The notes beneath the pieces were generated by a model. It was not told where the DNA came from and did not search any database. It saw nothing but the letters and a program-made list of their open reading frames with translations. From Batkoa obscura (lineage: Eukaryota), in NCBI GenBank assembly GCA_030770535.1, contig JASVEC010000010.1, forward strand, positions 1 through 64,000: a stretch of 64,000 nucleotides of DNA, given 5' to 3'. The position numbers and the translations under genes were made by a program. Position 1 is the stretch's first letter; every line of letters starts with the position of its first letter. This document shows, in pieces, positions 63,595 to 64,000 of this stretch.

Positions 63595-64000
63595 ATGAGT
63601 TTTAATAACTATTTTGATGAAGATGAATTTTTAGCTGAAGAACAAGTAAGTTTTATATTTAAAGTTAATCAATATATAATATTAAATTCAATTAATTAGT
63701 TAATACCATGTAAATTTAATCAAGATGTAGATAATATAAGTCATTTAATTGGTACTCAAGATTTAATAGTAATTTCAATAAACAGTAATACGTAATCTAT
63801 AAATAGTTAATCATATACTGTGTTTTAGATTCATAAAGATAGTCAGTTAAGTATACCATATTGGGGAGCAGAACAACTTAAATTAGAGTAAAATTATTGT
63901 TGAGTATAAATACTAATAAATATAAATACTAATAAATATAAATATAATAGAGGATATACAGAAACTGAATTACCTATAGGATATCAATTAAAAATAAGAA
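63595..64000 (+). CDS. PSF3: GINS complex subunit Psf3, 5' part (runs off the window)
   Basis: Spliced reading MSFNNYFDEDEFLAEEQ|LIPCKF..|IHKDSQLSIPYW matches the Psf3 N-terminal pattern. Confidence 0.7.

Noticed and set aside
1..64000. tRNA, rRNA or snRNA genes, U12-type introns, selenocysteine or alternative genetic code
   Set aside because: I noticed no diagnostic motifs by eye; the exons I reconstructed translate with the standard code and GT-AG introns. A covariance-model scan was not possible.

Overview
This is the left end of a eukaryotic chromosome: about 810 bp of (CCCTAA)n telomere followed by very AT-rich DNA whose genes have many short (mostly about 40-60 nt) GT-AG introns. The gene set and style fit an early-diverging fungus, possibly Entomophthoromycotina/Conidiobolus-like; that taxonomy is inference only. 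A roughly 7 kb subtelomere of decayed ORFs and repeat relics precedes about 23 genes. Intron-rich conserved genes are a B-box/DUF2009 protein, ATG9, RRB1, an RSC1/2-polybromo-like subunit, OGG1, NOC2, a REX4-like protein, a PITH protein, an AcpS-type PPTase, RPD3, UBP6 and PSF3. Mostly intronless accessory genes are secreted low-complexity proteins, an expansin-like protein, a POT transporter, an animal-type UGT, a Pcl cyclin and three paralogous Cys-rich GPI-type surface proteins. Main observations: (1) about 30 copies of an unannotated ~100-bp TIR element (MITE-like), with an empty-site/filled-site pair inside this window and an intron-like GT..TACTAAC..TAG half; (2) a family of triple CX3C-hairpin surface proteins with paired cysteine loss, a shared promoter motif and dense MITE clusters nearby; (3) several apparent pseudo-enzymes or altered-mechanism proteins; (4) a large unrecognised insert in the bromodomain protein. 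All calls come from reading by eye; no database searches were run.
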